Origin: a virus
Taxonomy: Duplodnaviria; Heunggongvirae; Uroviricota; Caudoviricetes
Reading direction: 5' to 3' (one strand)
IMG/VR virus record: IMGVR_UViG_3300003310_000099
Location: 42,295-106,294 of that record
DNA length: 64,000 nt
Below the pieces are notes generated by a model, which made no database searches, was not told the DNA's origin, and was given only the letters and a program-made list of their open reading frames with translations. A program made the translations under genes and the position numbers. This document shows positions 21,508-30,671 of the stretch, piece after piece; position 1 is the stretch's first letter; every line of letters starts with the position of its first letter.

Positions 21508-22251
21508 ATGCCAAAGTTCGATGAAGTGATGGAAAGTCGTAAGGTTCCTGGTACGCATTTCGGCTATACAGGAACCCGTCTCAATGACCTCACTGGTGCA
21601 ACCGAGTATACTCTTTGCACCATCGTCCTTGACGAAAGTGGCTCCACTGACAGTTTCCGCACTGAAATGGAAAAGTGCATTCAGGAAATTGTCAAGGCTT
21701 GTCGTTATAGTCCCCGTGCCGATAATTTGATGCTGCGTTTGGTAGCATTTGGCACGAATTACCGTGAAGTTCATGGCTTTAAGTTGCTTCAGTCCTGTAA
21801 TCCACAGGATTATGACAACTGCTATAAGCCAGGTGGCTCCACAGCGTTGTTTGATGCGGCTTGTGACGCCATTGAAGCTACCAAGGACTATGCAAAGCAG
21901 TTGAGTAATAACGACTACCTTTGCAACGCTTGTGTCTTTGTTCTCACTGATGGCGATGACAATGCAAGCAAGTTCAACGCCAACAATGTCAAGGATTCAC
22001 TGAATAAGTGCGTCACAAGCGAAGCCTTGGAAAGCCTGGTGTCAGTCTTGATTGGTGTGAACGTTAATGTCCAGACCATCGCTGACTACTTGAATAACTT
22101 CCACAAGCAGGCTGGGTTCACTCAGTATGTTGAGTTGAACAACGCAAGCGAGAAGACTTTGGCCAAGCTCGCTGCGTTCGTCAGCAAGAGTATTTCGAGT
22201 CAGTCTCAGGCTTTGGGGTCAGGCTCGAAATCGCAGTCGCTTACGTTCTAG
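21508..22251 (+). CDS. von Willebrand factor type A (vWA) domain protein
   Basis: MIDAS motif IVLDESGSTD, plus GGSTAL and VLTDGDDN motifs. Confidence 0.75.
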   Translation: MPKFDEVMESRKVPGTHFGYTGTRLNDLTGATEYTLCTIVLDESGSTDSFRTEMEKCIQEIVKACRYSPRADNLMLRLVAFGTNYREVHGFKLLQSCNPQDYDNCYKPGGSTALFDAACDAIEATKDYAKQLSNNDYLCNACVFVLTDGDDNASKFNANNVKDSLNKCVTSEALESLVSVLIGVNVNVQTIADYLNNFHKQAGFTQYVELNNASEKTLAKLAAFVSKSISSQSQALGSGSKSQSLTF

Positions 22252-22321
22252 AAACCAATTAATTTCTAGGATAAATTCATAATTTCCTTCCAAAATTAAC
22301 CCATTCTATCTATAATAGATT

Positions 22322-23362
22322 GTGGTTATTTGGAAGGAAATTATGAAAACTGGAGACAAAATAAGTCATTGGGAAATCCTTGAATATATTGGCAAAAATA
22401 AGCACGGATTAAATCTTTGGCGGTGTCGATGTAACTGTAGTGCTGAAAGAGTATTAACTACTTCTTATCTCAATATGCAAAAGGATAGAGGATATCGTTT
22501 TTGCAGAAAATGTCACGGAAAAGAAGAAGATAAAGAATTCATTGCTGAATACATTGGCAAGAAAATTGGCACTTGGACAGTTTTGGCATTGAAAGGCAGA
22601 AACAAATACAGAACCAGAAAGTGGTTGTGCAAATGTGATTGCGGCGTCGAGAAACTGTTTACAACCTGCTATTTGTCTGGCAGATATAAACGAAAAGCTA
22701 CTACTTGCAAATATTGTGAGTTGAAAAATCTGGAATTAGAGAACCGCACGACCGATTATCTACCGCAGCGATTTTGGCAAAAGTTTCTCAATGTCGCAAG
22801 GAAAAGGAACATCGCCGTATTAATTACGAAAGAGCAAGCATTTAATAAGTATAAAACACAAGATGGTCGGTGCAACTTATCAGGGTTGCCTTTATATTTC
22901 ACTAAATTAACAGGCAGGTATTGGAGATACACCAACGCATCTATTGACAGGATCGACTCGACAAAGCCATATACTTTGGATAACATCCAATGGCTTGAGA
23001 AGCGAATCAACATGATGAAGCAGGCGTATTCTCAACACGAATTTGTTGCCTTGTGCAAGTTGGTTGCAAAAACGGACAAAGTTCACTTTAACGAAGTTCA
23101 ATGGGATGGAGAAGACCCACAGTTACTTCGAGATATTGAGAAGCATACAACCCAGGAAAACATGATTTGTTTAAATTGCGGTCAAAACGAAGCGATTTTC
23201 CATCCAAGACTATGTAGCGACTGTTGTGATTTATTACAAGCCATGAACAGGTGTTATAATGAGCAAAAAAGAAAAGAAATTGGTAAAACTGATCCGCAAA
23301 CGGAAAGACCAGATGGAGAATCAGCAATACAAACTAAGAAAAATAAGGATCAAAAAGCATGA
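22322..23362 (+). CDS. HNH_3-like homing-endonuclease-like protein with repeated Zn-finger modules
   Basis: 346 aa. Two CRCNC…CRKCH / CKCDC…CKYC modules. C-terminal NASIDRIDSTKPYTLDNIQWL resembles the HNH_3 (DHID…N) motif, but His is replaced by Arg. Confidence 0.45.
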   Translation: MVIWKEIMKTGDKISHWEILEYIGKNKHGLNLWRCRCNCSAERVLTTSYLNMQKDRGYRFCRKCHGKEEDKEFIAEYIGKKIGTWTVLALKGRNKYRTRKWLCKCDCGVEKLFTTCYLSGRYKRKATTCKYCELKNLELENRTTDYLPQRFWQKFLNVARKRNIAVLITKEQAFNKYKTQDGRCNLSGLPLYFTKLTGRYWRYTNASIDRIDSTKPYTLDNIQWLEKRINMMKQAYSQHEFVALCKLVAKTDKVHFNEVQWDGEDPQLLRDIEKHTTQENMICLNCGQNEAIFHPRLCSDCCDLLQAMNRCYNEQKRKEIGKTDPQTERPDGESAIQTKKNKDQKA

Positions 23363-23601
23363 TTAGTTGTATTTGTGGGCATCCAGTCCATGCTAATATA
23401 GGTGGATGTGGCGTATGTCGTAACTCCGATTGTAAGTGTGAAAAACTAACACCATTCCCAACTACGAAAGAGTGGGGACAACGCACAGTTGGGCAATTTC
23501 TCTGTCCCCGATGCGGTGAAGACAAATTGGAGTTGGTTAACGAAGGCTTGCTGTTTTGTTATAAGTGTGCTTGGCAGAAAAGGTGTGACACACATGCCTA
23601 A
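23359..23601 (+). CDS. hypothetical Cys-rich protein (80 aa)
   Basis: CICGH…CGVCRNSDCKC…CPRCG…CYKC. Confidence 0.4.
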   Translation: MISCICGHPVHANIGGCGVCRNSDCKCEKLTPFPTTKEWGQRTVGQFLCPRCGEDKLELVNEGLLFCYKCAWQKRCDTHA

Positions 23602-23869
23602 ACAATTTGAAAAAGGCAAGCGATACCGTTTTGGGGTAAAAGGCAGCTTGGTATATGAAGCTACTTTTGATGGAAGTGAATTTGAGCCAGAAATGTATCG
23701 TTGGAAGGATGTGGTAATGTATTCTTATCCTTCCACAACACCACCATCAATGGCCACGGAAATTATCCAACAACCATATGTGAGTTGTCGAAAGTCAATG
23801 TGTCCAAGACCACCAGTTACAGATGGATATTGTCAATTACATGAAAGGGAGCTAAAAAATGAATCGTAG
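23594..23869 (+). CDS. hypothetical protein (91 aa)
   Basis: Internal ATG overlapping the upstream stop (ATGCCTAA). Confidence 0.4.
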   Translation: MPKQFEKGKRYRFGVKGSLVYEATFDGSEFEPEMYRWKDVVMYSYPSTTPPSMATEIIQQPYVSCRKSMCPRPPVTDGYCQLHERELKNES

Positions 23870-24287
23870 ATCATGGTTTGTAGCAGCATTAGCATCGGTG
23901 GCTAGTCTATTTGGGTCCAAGGCTCAAGCTGTGCCTATTACCAGTCATGGTAATGAGGAAATTGGTTATTGGTTGGAGAAATGGCACGAAGATGTTTGTG
24001 ACGGTGAACGTGTTATTAGGGGACTAGCATATATTTACCTAGAGCATTATGTTCCATATTGCAAAAGGGTAGATGGAGTTCATAACGAATTTGTTTCTTG
24101 CCCTAGTCATATTGAATACGGAAAGGTGTATGGTAAAATGGTTTTTACTATAAAGTATAAATCAGACGGTTCAATTAGTTCGACAGAATTTAATAAAACC
24201 AGTGAAAGTCTGATTGTTCCAACCAATGTACACGTTTTCCGTGACAGCTTGATTGCCAATCTACATCAGAGAAAGGTCTTCAAATGA
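23859..24287 (+). CDS. secreted protein with twin-arginine (Tat-like) signal peptide
   Basis: MNRRSWFVAALASVASLFGSKAQA. Paralog of the next gene. Confidence 0.5.
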   Translation: MNRRSWFVAALASVASLFGSKAQAVPITSHGNEEIGYWLEKWHEDVCDGERVIRGLAYIYLEHYVPYCKRVDGVHNEFVSCPSHIEYGKVYGKMVFTIKYKSDGSISSTEFNKTSESLIVPTNVHVFRDSLIANLHQRKVFK

Positions 24288-24706
24288 ATCGTAGATCATG
24301 GTTTAGCGCGGCACTAGCATCGGTGATGGGGTTGTTTGGTTTAAAGCCACTTTTTTGTGCTGAGATAGATGAAAAGTCTCAGCGTATTCTTCAGGTGCAT
24401 GGCCCATTGATACAAACGCCAACTATAAAGCAAATTGTTGAGTCCATTGATTACACTCCACTATGCGATTATATTGCATGGGATATATGCAAGGGTATAA
24501 AGAGCGATAGTATCCCAAATATATCAAGCTATCTTCAAACGTTGGTATCTGAGTTTAGGAAAAATCACACACAAGAAGAGTGTAATCAATACTTGTGGGA
24601 ATATCATCATTTCCTAAGAGGTGATTGGCCGACGCCAATACCACCTGAATTGGCCCCGCACGCTGTTTTGAAGAAATTCCAGAGTGGTATAACTAATGAA
24701 ATTTGA
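24284..24706 (+). CDS. secreted protein with twin-arginine (Tat-like) signal peptide, paralog
   Basis: MNRRSWFSAALASVMGLFGLKP. Confidence 0.5.
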   Translation: MNRRSWFSAALASVMGLFGLKPLFCAEIDEKSQRILQVHGPLIQTPTIKQIVESIDYTPLCDYIAWDICKGIKSDSIPNISSYLQTLVSEFRKNHTQEECNQYLWEYHHFLRGDWPTPIPPELAPHAVLKKFQSGITNEI

Positions 24707-24732
24707 AGACCTGACAGTAGAGAGATTCAGGA

Positions 24733-25176
24733 GTGTGTCGTATATACATTATGATATTCTCCCAATGGTTAGAAGCTAGCAAGAACATTAATGGCTTTGT
24801 GACAAACATTGAAGAAGATACAGTTAATAACCAGAACTTCCGAAAGGTTTTGTATACTTCCAAATACAGTCAATTAGTGCTTATGTCACTAAAGCCGAAA
24901 GAAGAAATTGGTATGGAAACTCATGGAGTTGACCAATTTTTTCGCATAGAAGAAGGTAATGGGGAAGTAATCCTGAATGGGGAGAAGCACCCAATCAAAA
25001 GTGGCAGTGCGATGGTTATTCCTGCTGGCACCAAACATAATGTAATCAATACGTCAAAAACCGAAGCTTTGAAGATTTATACAATTTATTCGCCACCGCA
25101 CCATAAAGATGGCGTCTTGGTCAAAACTAAATCTGCACAGAGGCCAGAAGAATATGACGGAAAAACAAGTTTCTAA
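24733..25176 (+). CDS. cupin-domain protein
   Basis: HGVDQFFRIEEGNGEVILNGEKHPIKSGSAMVIPAGTKHNVIN matches the cupin_2 two-His motif pattern. The start may be 24751. Confidence 0.55.
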   Translation: MCRIYIMIFSQWLEASKNINGFVTNIEEDTVNNQNFRKVLYTSKYSQLVLMSLKPKEEIGMETHGVDQFFRIEEGNGEVILNGEKHPIKSGSAMVIPAGTKHNVINTSKTEALKIYTIYSPPHHKDGVLVKTKSAQRPEEYDGKTSF

Positions 25177-25450
25177 AATTAATGTCGCAGAGACAATGCG
25201 TAATTCTCTCAAAAAACTCAGGGCTGGTCTTGATGATATCAAATTCCCCGAAATCAGACCAGAATGTGAGGAAGAATGGGATGAGAATTACGCAGTTGTG
25301 CAAAACGTTTATTACGATTACCCCGAATCCGATTACTTTGACCACGACCGATTCCGCCAAGACTATGAAAACATAGTTAAAGCAATTTTCCCTGATTGCA
25401 AGGTGAAGTTTTATTGGCAGTCTCAAGAAATTGAGGTTTCAAAATGGTAG
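25154..25450 (+). CDS. hypothetical acidic protein (98 aa)
   Basis: Internal ATG of track ORF 25109..25450. Confidence 0.4.
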   Translation: MTEKQVSKINVAETMRNSLKKLRAGLDDIKFPEIRPECEEEWDENYAVVQNVYYDYPESDYFDHDRFRQDYENIVKAIFPDCKVKFYWQSQEIEVSKW

Positions 25451-25836
25451 CCAAATTAAGTGAATCCGATATCACAGCGGCGATTGATGCGCACAAACTT
25501 TATGCTGCCGCATCTCAAAAAATCACTGACCGAATGAATTATATTGTTCGTCGTTGTATTGAAATTGCTGGTGGAAAACTAAGCTGGTGGGATTGGCAAT
25601 GCGATGGTGAGTATGAGGACAGAACCAGCGGCGATTTCATGGAGTCTTATGATAAAGACCAGCTTACCATTCGTGCTGAGTGGGATATCAAACGAGAGAT
25701 AATCTTCATTGATAAAAACGGCTCAGAATGGGGATTAGAAGATAGCTTCCCCACTCGTTGGCTCTACGAAGATTTTGAGGAAGAATTTACCAATGGCTTG
25801 GAAGCCTATAAGGAAAAAGAAACAGCGGGCCGCTAA
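25444..25836 (+). CDS. hypothetical protein (130 aa)
   Basis: ORF. Confidence 0.45.
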   Translation: MVAKLSESDITAAIDAHKLYAAASQKITDRMNYIVRRCIEIAGGKLSWWDWQCDGEYEDRTSGDFMESYDKDQLTIRAEWDIKREIIFIDKNGSEWGLEDSFPTRWLYEDFEEEFTNGLEAYKEKETAGR

Positions 25837-25941
25837 TGCTAAAGAAGCTAAGAAAAAGAATGAAGAGAAAAAGAAAGCATTGATTGCCGCAGCAGCATCT
25901 AAATTGACCAAAGAAGAGAAAAAACTTCTGGGAATAAAGTA

Positions 25942-26772
25942 ATGTGTGCAGATATTTTCTATACAATTGGGGCAACTCATCAAGTCTGCCAGGATTTTGC
26001 CCTGACTGATGGCAAATCCTATGTGATCGTTTCTGATGGTTGTTCATCTGCAAAAGACTCTGATTGGGGTTCAAGACTCCTTGCTAAAGCGTTAGAAGAG
26101 TCTTTCAGGGAGAAATCCAGACTGAAATTGGATGAGATTCCTGTGTCGTTAATTAACAATGCTGTTAAACTTGCAGAGTGCTATACTGCTTTGTTAAAGA
26201 TCGACAAGGACTGTCTGGCAGCTACTTTAATGGCAGCTTACAAGACAGATAAAGGCATTCATGCTTTCATTAGTGGGGATGGCAGTATTGTAGCTAAATT
26301 TGGCGATAGCCTGCAAATTATTGACCATAGCTATGATAGTGGCGCACCATACTATCTTTATTACACCCTGGATGACGGCTTAAAGTATGGCTATAGCCAA
26401 GCTTTTGGCAATGGTGAACTTCACATTGAAAAGAGCATTGTTGAAGTGAATCGTGGTCGTAGAACTATAAGGGAAACACTTTCTGGTCCTAGTATGGTTA
26501 GAACGACTTCTCATTATTTCTTTCCCAAAGAAGAATTTACTTGTGTTGGTATAATCACTGATGGCTTGAAGTCATTCGTCAAACAGGTGAAAAAACACAC
26601 TAGTATTACAAACGAATCAGTGCCTTTTGAGAGTTTTGTTGGCGATTTGTTCAGTTTTAAGACGCATGAAGGTCAGTACGTTCATCGTCGTTGTCAGCGT
26701 GCTTTCAGGGAATTTCACAATCAAGGCATCAAGCATAATGACGATTTTGCTATGGGAGTGATAGGACATTGA
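25942..26772 (+). CDS. PP2C-like (PPM family) protein phosphatase candidate
   Basis: 276 aa. VSDGCSSAKDSDWGS, ISGDGSIVA and C-terminal NDDFAMGVIG resemble the PPM motifs DGxGG, GDSR and DN-t-vvv. Assigned by motif only. Confidence 0.45.
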   Translation: MCADIFYTIGATHQVCQDFALTDGKSYVIVSDGCSSAKDSDWGSRLLAKALEESFREKSRLKLDEIPVSLINNAVKLAECYTALLKIDKDCLAATLMAAYKTDKGIHAFISGDGSIVAKFGDSLQIIDHSYDSGAPYYLYYTLDDGLKYGYSQAFGNGELHIEKSIVEVNRGRRTIRETLSGPSMVRTTSHYFFPKEEFTCVGIITDGLKSFVKQVKKHTSITNESVPFESFVGDLFSFKTHEGQYVHRRCQRAFREFHNQGIKHNDDFAMGVIGH

Positions 26773-26951
26773 AAGAAATAAATGAATTAAAAAACCGCCC
26801 TATGGATATTGTCGCCCTCGAACAACTAAGGGCGATGCATGATTATTATCTTAGCAAGATGGTTGATTATGCCACAATTGACTATATTGGAGAAAAGGAT
26901 ATCCGTCAACTTAGAGAAATCTATGCCAAGAAGGAAGCAGCAAAGCCATGA
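26769..26951 (+). CDS. hypothetical protein (60 aa)
   Basis: Sits between the phosphatase-like and kinase-like genes, overlapping both by 4 nt. Confidence 0.4.
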   Translation: MKEINELKNRPMDIVALEQLRAMHDYYLSKMVDYATIDYIGEKDIRQLREIYAKKEAAKP

Positions 26952-28624
26952 AAGTCTTTATCAAGGGTAAAAACAAGCCGATTGAATTAAATAATGCAGA
27001 CTTTCTTGCTGCTGGTGGTGAAGGCAAGATTTATGTTAAAGGCGACACCGTATATAAAATATGCGAATCTGGCAAAATGATTCCTGAAGGGAAATTTGCT
27101 GAACTTTCCGTCTTGTCTGACCCTCATATCATCAAACCCGAACAAATCCTCGTAGATGCCAAGAACCAAAATGTTGGCTATACGATGAAATTCATTCAGG
27201 ACAGTTACACGCTTTGCCAAATCTTCACCAAAGCATTTCGTCTAAGAAACAATATTAAGCACGATACCGTGATTGATCTTGTTCGACAAATGCAGAGAAC
27301 AATTCAGCATATCCATAATCACAATATTCTCCTTGTGGATGGCAACGAGTTTAACTTCCTTTTGGATAACAAGTTCAAGGAAGTGTATTTCATTGACGTG
27401 AACAGCTATCAGACTCCACACTATCCTGCTATGGCTATTATGGATAGCATCAGGGATAGACACGCTCACAATAAATTCAGTAAACTTACAGACTGGTTCT
27501 CGTTCGCTATTGTTTCATTTCAGATGTTTATCGGCATTCACCCTTATAAGGGCAAGCATCCGAAACATACTGATATCGACAGCAGAATGCTCCATAATGT
27601 CTCGGTATTTGACAAGGATGTAGGTTTCCCTGTGGCGGCTTGTCAGCCTTTCACAGTGATACCAGACGCTTATTTGCAGTGGTATAAAGCGGTTTTGGAC
27701 AGAGGTGAGCGTATTCCGCCACCTAATGATTTGATTGCTACGGTCCATGTTATTGTGCCAGTGGTCAAGCTTGTTGGGGGTAAAAGCTTGTCTATCGACA
27801 AATTACGCGAGTTTACTTCCAACATTATGGGATATTATCACTCGTCTGGCACGGAAGTTTTTGTGACCGACAAGAAAATCTATGTCAATAAGGACGAATT
27901 TGACAACAACGGCAACAAGACCGTGATTGGTTTCACCAGAACCAATATGCCTATTGCTGCTTGGCTTGATGGCGGTTATGTCAAATTGCATGATATTACC
28001 AAGAACAAGTTGATTAATTTCTCTTGCTCTGGTAGTAAGATCATGGACATTGAAGGTCGTATTTATGTCCAAAACGGCATGAACATTATTGAAATTGTGT
28101 TCACCGAAATTAAGGACAAGATTATTGCCTCACCACATATTGTGGCTAATGTCCTTGAGCAAGCGACACGGTTCTATGATGGTGTAGTGATTCAGAACCT
28201 GTTTGATGCTTATTATGCATCTATTTTCCCAATGACCAAGAATTGTCAGCAGATTGCTTTAAGGGAACTGGATGGTCTGCGGGTTATTGATGCGAAGTAT
28301 GAAGGTAAGATTTTGATGGTAGTGGCTGTTGATAAGAAGGGCCACTATAACCGCTTTACCTTTGCTTTCAAAGATGACTGGAAGTATGATATTGCTAAAA
28401 AGGAAAATATCACTTATACTGGTTTGAACTTCACCGTATTGGATAATGGCGTTTGTATCCATATTGATGAAGATGAGAATATTGAAATTTTCAACAAACT
28501 GAGCAATGCCAAGGTTGTTACGGATGATGCGATCAATAATGATATGTTGCTATATCATAAAGGTGCAGCGGTTCTGTTTACCAAGGACAACGCCATTTAC
28601 TCTGTTGCAATGAGAAAACCATGA
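26948..28624 (+). CDS. protein-kinase-like protein with large C-terminal domain
   Basis: 558 aa. Gly-rich loop AAGGEGKIYV, Lys in VYKI, catalytic-loop-like HNHNILLVDGNEFNFLLD, DFG-like FIDVNSY. Confidence 0.5.
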   Translation: MKVFIKGKNKPIELNNADFLAAGGEGKIYVKGDTVYKICESGKMIPEGKFAELSVLSDPHIIKPEQILVDAKNQNVGYTMKFIQDSYTLCQIFTKAFRLRNNIKHDTVIDLVRQMQRTIQHIHNHNILLVDGNEFNFLLDNKFKEVYFIDVNSYQTPHYPAMAIMDSIRDRHAHNKFSKLTDWFSFAIVSFQMFIGIHPYKGKHPKHTDIDSRMLHNVSVFDKDVGFPVAACQPFTVIPDAYLQWYKAVLDRGERIPPPNDLIATVHVIVPVVKLVGGKSLSIDKLREFTSNIMGYYHSSGTEVFVTDKKIYVNKDEFDNNGNKTVIGFTRTNMPIAAWLDGGYVKLHDITKNKLINFSCSGSKIMDIEGRIYVQNGMNIIEIVFTEIKDKIIASPHIVANVLEQATRFYDGVVIQNLFDAYYASIFPMTKNCQQIALRELDGLRVIDAKYEGKILMVVAVDKKGHYNRFTFAFKDDWKYDIAKKENITYTGLNFTVLDNGVCIHIDEDENIEIFNKLSNAKVVTDDAINNDMLLYHKGAAVLFTKDNAIYSVAMRKP

Positions 28625-29067
28625 GAATTTTATTAGTTATATTAGCATTAGCTTGTATTAGTGCTGACAAGAAGAAAGAACCGCGTGTTATCGACATTTA
28701 CATATATGAAACACGTCAATTAAACAATACAACCACCTTTTACTCATGGATAAGTGATACAGATGGCGGTGATTGTGAAGTAGAAGGCACTTGCCCAGAG
28801 ATTGAGATTGGCTGGCTCCAATGTGGAGCGATGTATATTGAAAATAAGGGTGGTGCCAAGGGGAAGGGTATTTCTGGGCAATCAATGGTTTTGGTTACTA
28901 TTGCAGAACCTGATGACAATTGGGTTGATGGTGGCAGTGGTAAGTCAGTCAAAATATGGTTTGGCAAGCTTGACAATGGGAATTGGGATGGTAAGATTTA
29001 TATAGAGGTTCCTCACAAGTCAACATATAAAGTTCGCAGAACTGTGAATATTAGGAGAGAGCCATGA
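28621..29067 (+). CDS. lipoprotein (signal peptide plus lipobox LALAC)
   Basis: MRILLVILALACISADKK. Confidence 0.55.
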   Translation: MRILLVILALACISADKKKEPRVIDIYIYETRQLNNTTTFYSWISDTDGGDCEVEGTCPEIEIGWLQCGAMYIENKGGAKGKGISGQSMVLVTIAEPDDNWVDGGSGKSVKIWFGKLDNGNWDGKIYIEVPHKSTYKVRRTVNIRREP

Positions 29068-29735
29068 GTGATGAAACTGAAGAGTTGAAGGCACAAGAAG
29101 AGGCTAAGTGGGATTTAATCCAAGCCTTGGAATTAGAGTCTGTAAAAGACCGTATTCTCAAGAAGAAAGGTTTTTGGTGGAAATTAACCAAGAACAATCT
29201 GGATAGTGTTGAGTTGGAATATAGACAATTCCTGTATTTAGCTGCGGTCAATCCTACCGAAATAGTTGTGCCTTGGTCAGAAGCATTGGATGAATTCTGG
29301 CATAATCATATCTTGGATACAGCCAAGTATGAAAAGGACTGTATGGCCATCTTTGGTAAGATGTTCCACCATAATCCTCACTTGCCAGTTGGAAGCAAAG
29401 AACAGGTTGAGGGTTATAACAATACTAAGAAGATGTATAAGGAATCTTTTGGGGGCCGTTCTTCCTCATCTGAGGTTCCTGGTTGTAGCTCTATGTTTAT
29501 TGCTGTGTTCTGTGGAAGCGATCCAGTAGTTCATGAGTCTAATAATCATGAATCTAATGGCCACGAATCTAGTCATAGTCACTCATCTGATTGTAGCCAT
29601 TCAAGTCACTCTGATAGCGGCGGTCACTCATCTTCTGACAGTGGTGGGCATTCAGACGGTGGTAGCAGTAGTGCAGCAAGTTGCGGGGGTGGGTCTTGCG
29701 GGGGTGGAGGAGGTTGCGGTGGGGGTGGCGATTAA
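29064..29735 (+). CDS. protein with WHNHILDT-containing domain and His/Ser/Gly/Cys-rich low-complexity C-terminal tail
   Basis: 223 aa. The C-terminal 70 aa is HESNNHESNGHESSHSHSSDCSHSSHSDSGGHSSSDSGGHSDGGSSSAASCGGGSCGGGGGCGGGGD. Confidence 0.5.
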   Translation: MSDETEELKAQEEAKWDLIQALELESVKDRILKKKGFWWKLTKNNLDSVELEYRQFLYLAAVNPTEIVVPWSEALDEFWHNHILDTAKYEKDCMAIFGKMFHHNPHLPVGSKEQVEGYNNTKKMYKESFGGRSSSSEVPGCSSMFIAVFCGSDPVVHESNNHESNGHESSHSHSSDCSHSSHSDSGGHSSSDSGGHSDGGSSSAASCGGGSCGGGGGCGGGGD

Positions 29736-29762
29736 TTTTATTAAATTTTACTATATAAGTAT

Positions 29763-30023
29763 ATGACAAAGGAAGAATGCAAGAAGTTGTTGGTTGATAA
29801 AATTGGTGCTGTTGGTGGCGCACGGGCTGATGAATTGGTAGCTTGGCATGGTTTTTACCAAACTCCAGGTTTCTCTGAAATTTTTCATCCTGACTTCTTG
29901 CAGCAAATGATTACAGAAGGTATGATTATTGAAGTGAAGTATACTCTTCCAGGTGACAAAAATTTTAGTTTTTTACTTCCCAAAGGAACTAAAGTTATTA
30001 TAATAGGGCATCATGAAAATTGA
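29763..30023 (+). CDS. hypothetical protein (86 aa)
   Basis: ORF. Confidence 0.45.
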   Translation: MTKEECKKLLVDKIGAVGGARADELVAWHGFYQTPGFSEIFHPDFLQQMITEGMIIEVKYTLPGDKNFSFLLPKGTKVIIIGHHEN

Positions 30024-30043
30024 ACCTTAACATGGGTTCAAAA

Positions 30044-30118
30044 CGGGGATTAGCTCAGCTTGATTAGAGCGCTGGTTTTGGGAACCAGAGGCCGTGAGTT
30101 TAAATCTCACATCCCCGA
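30044..30118 (+). tRNA. tRNA-Pro (TGG), paralog of 410..484
   Basis: Acceptor cggggat/atccccg, anticodon arm ctggt-ttTGGga-accag, T-arm gtgagTTTAAATctcac. Confidence 0.6.
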
Positions 30119-30172
30119 CTTGATTTTAACCAAATCATATGGATAATTTCCTTAATAGTCATAAATAGTTGT

Positions 30173-30628
30173 ATGAATATATTAACTAATTATTTCTATA
30201 AGGGTACATTTGCTCAGGACTTAACGTCCACTGCTGTAACAGTCAATGCTGTTAATTACTGGACCCTGGTAGCGGAAGTTGCAATTTTTTATGGTCAATA
30301 TCAAGGGGCAGATCAGCCTTTGGCTATACAGCCAATCAACATGCCCCCTATAACCAATGTTGAATTTACAGCAGATTTCTACAGAGTGGGTGGTTCCAAG
30401 TATGCACCAGCAAGATTAATTAATGTAGTGCCGATTTATGAAGTTGATAATATGAGGAATTGTTTGGGCACTAAGTTTACATTTGTGAGTCCAATCGTAG
30501 CCCCAGATGACTGTGTTTATGACTATCAATTAGTCTGGTCTACTAGTGGGATTGAAATGTCCTATGGTCCTAACCTTATTAATATTGCCGCACAGAGCGG
30601 TACAACAAACCCAGAATCGCTTTGCTAA
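30173..30628 (+). CDS. hypothetical protein (151 aa)
   Basis: ORF. Its C-terminal 18 codons are duplicated downstream at 30672..30780. Confidence 0.45.
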   Translation: MNILTNYFYKGTFAQDLTSTAVTVNAVNYWTLVAEVAIFYGQYQGADQPLAIQPINMPPITNVEFTADFYRVGGSKYAPARLINVVPIYEVDNMRNCLGTKFTFVSPIVAPDDCVYDYQLVWSTSGIEMSYGPNLINIAAQSGTTNPESLC

Positions 30629-30671
30629 AGAGAGGCAAGCTCGATTAATTTTAAGATTGCGATCATCCTTA

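Noticed and set aside
25823-25942. Lys/Glu-rich open frame (AKKKNEEKKKALIAAAASKLTKEEKKLLGIK) between ORF 25444..25836 and the phosphatase-like gene
   Set aside because: It has no start codon in frame and is in the +1 frame relative to the upstream gene's stop. It could be a frameshift extension, but there is no slippery heptamer evidence, so I treated it as a spacer.
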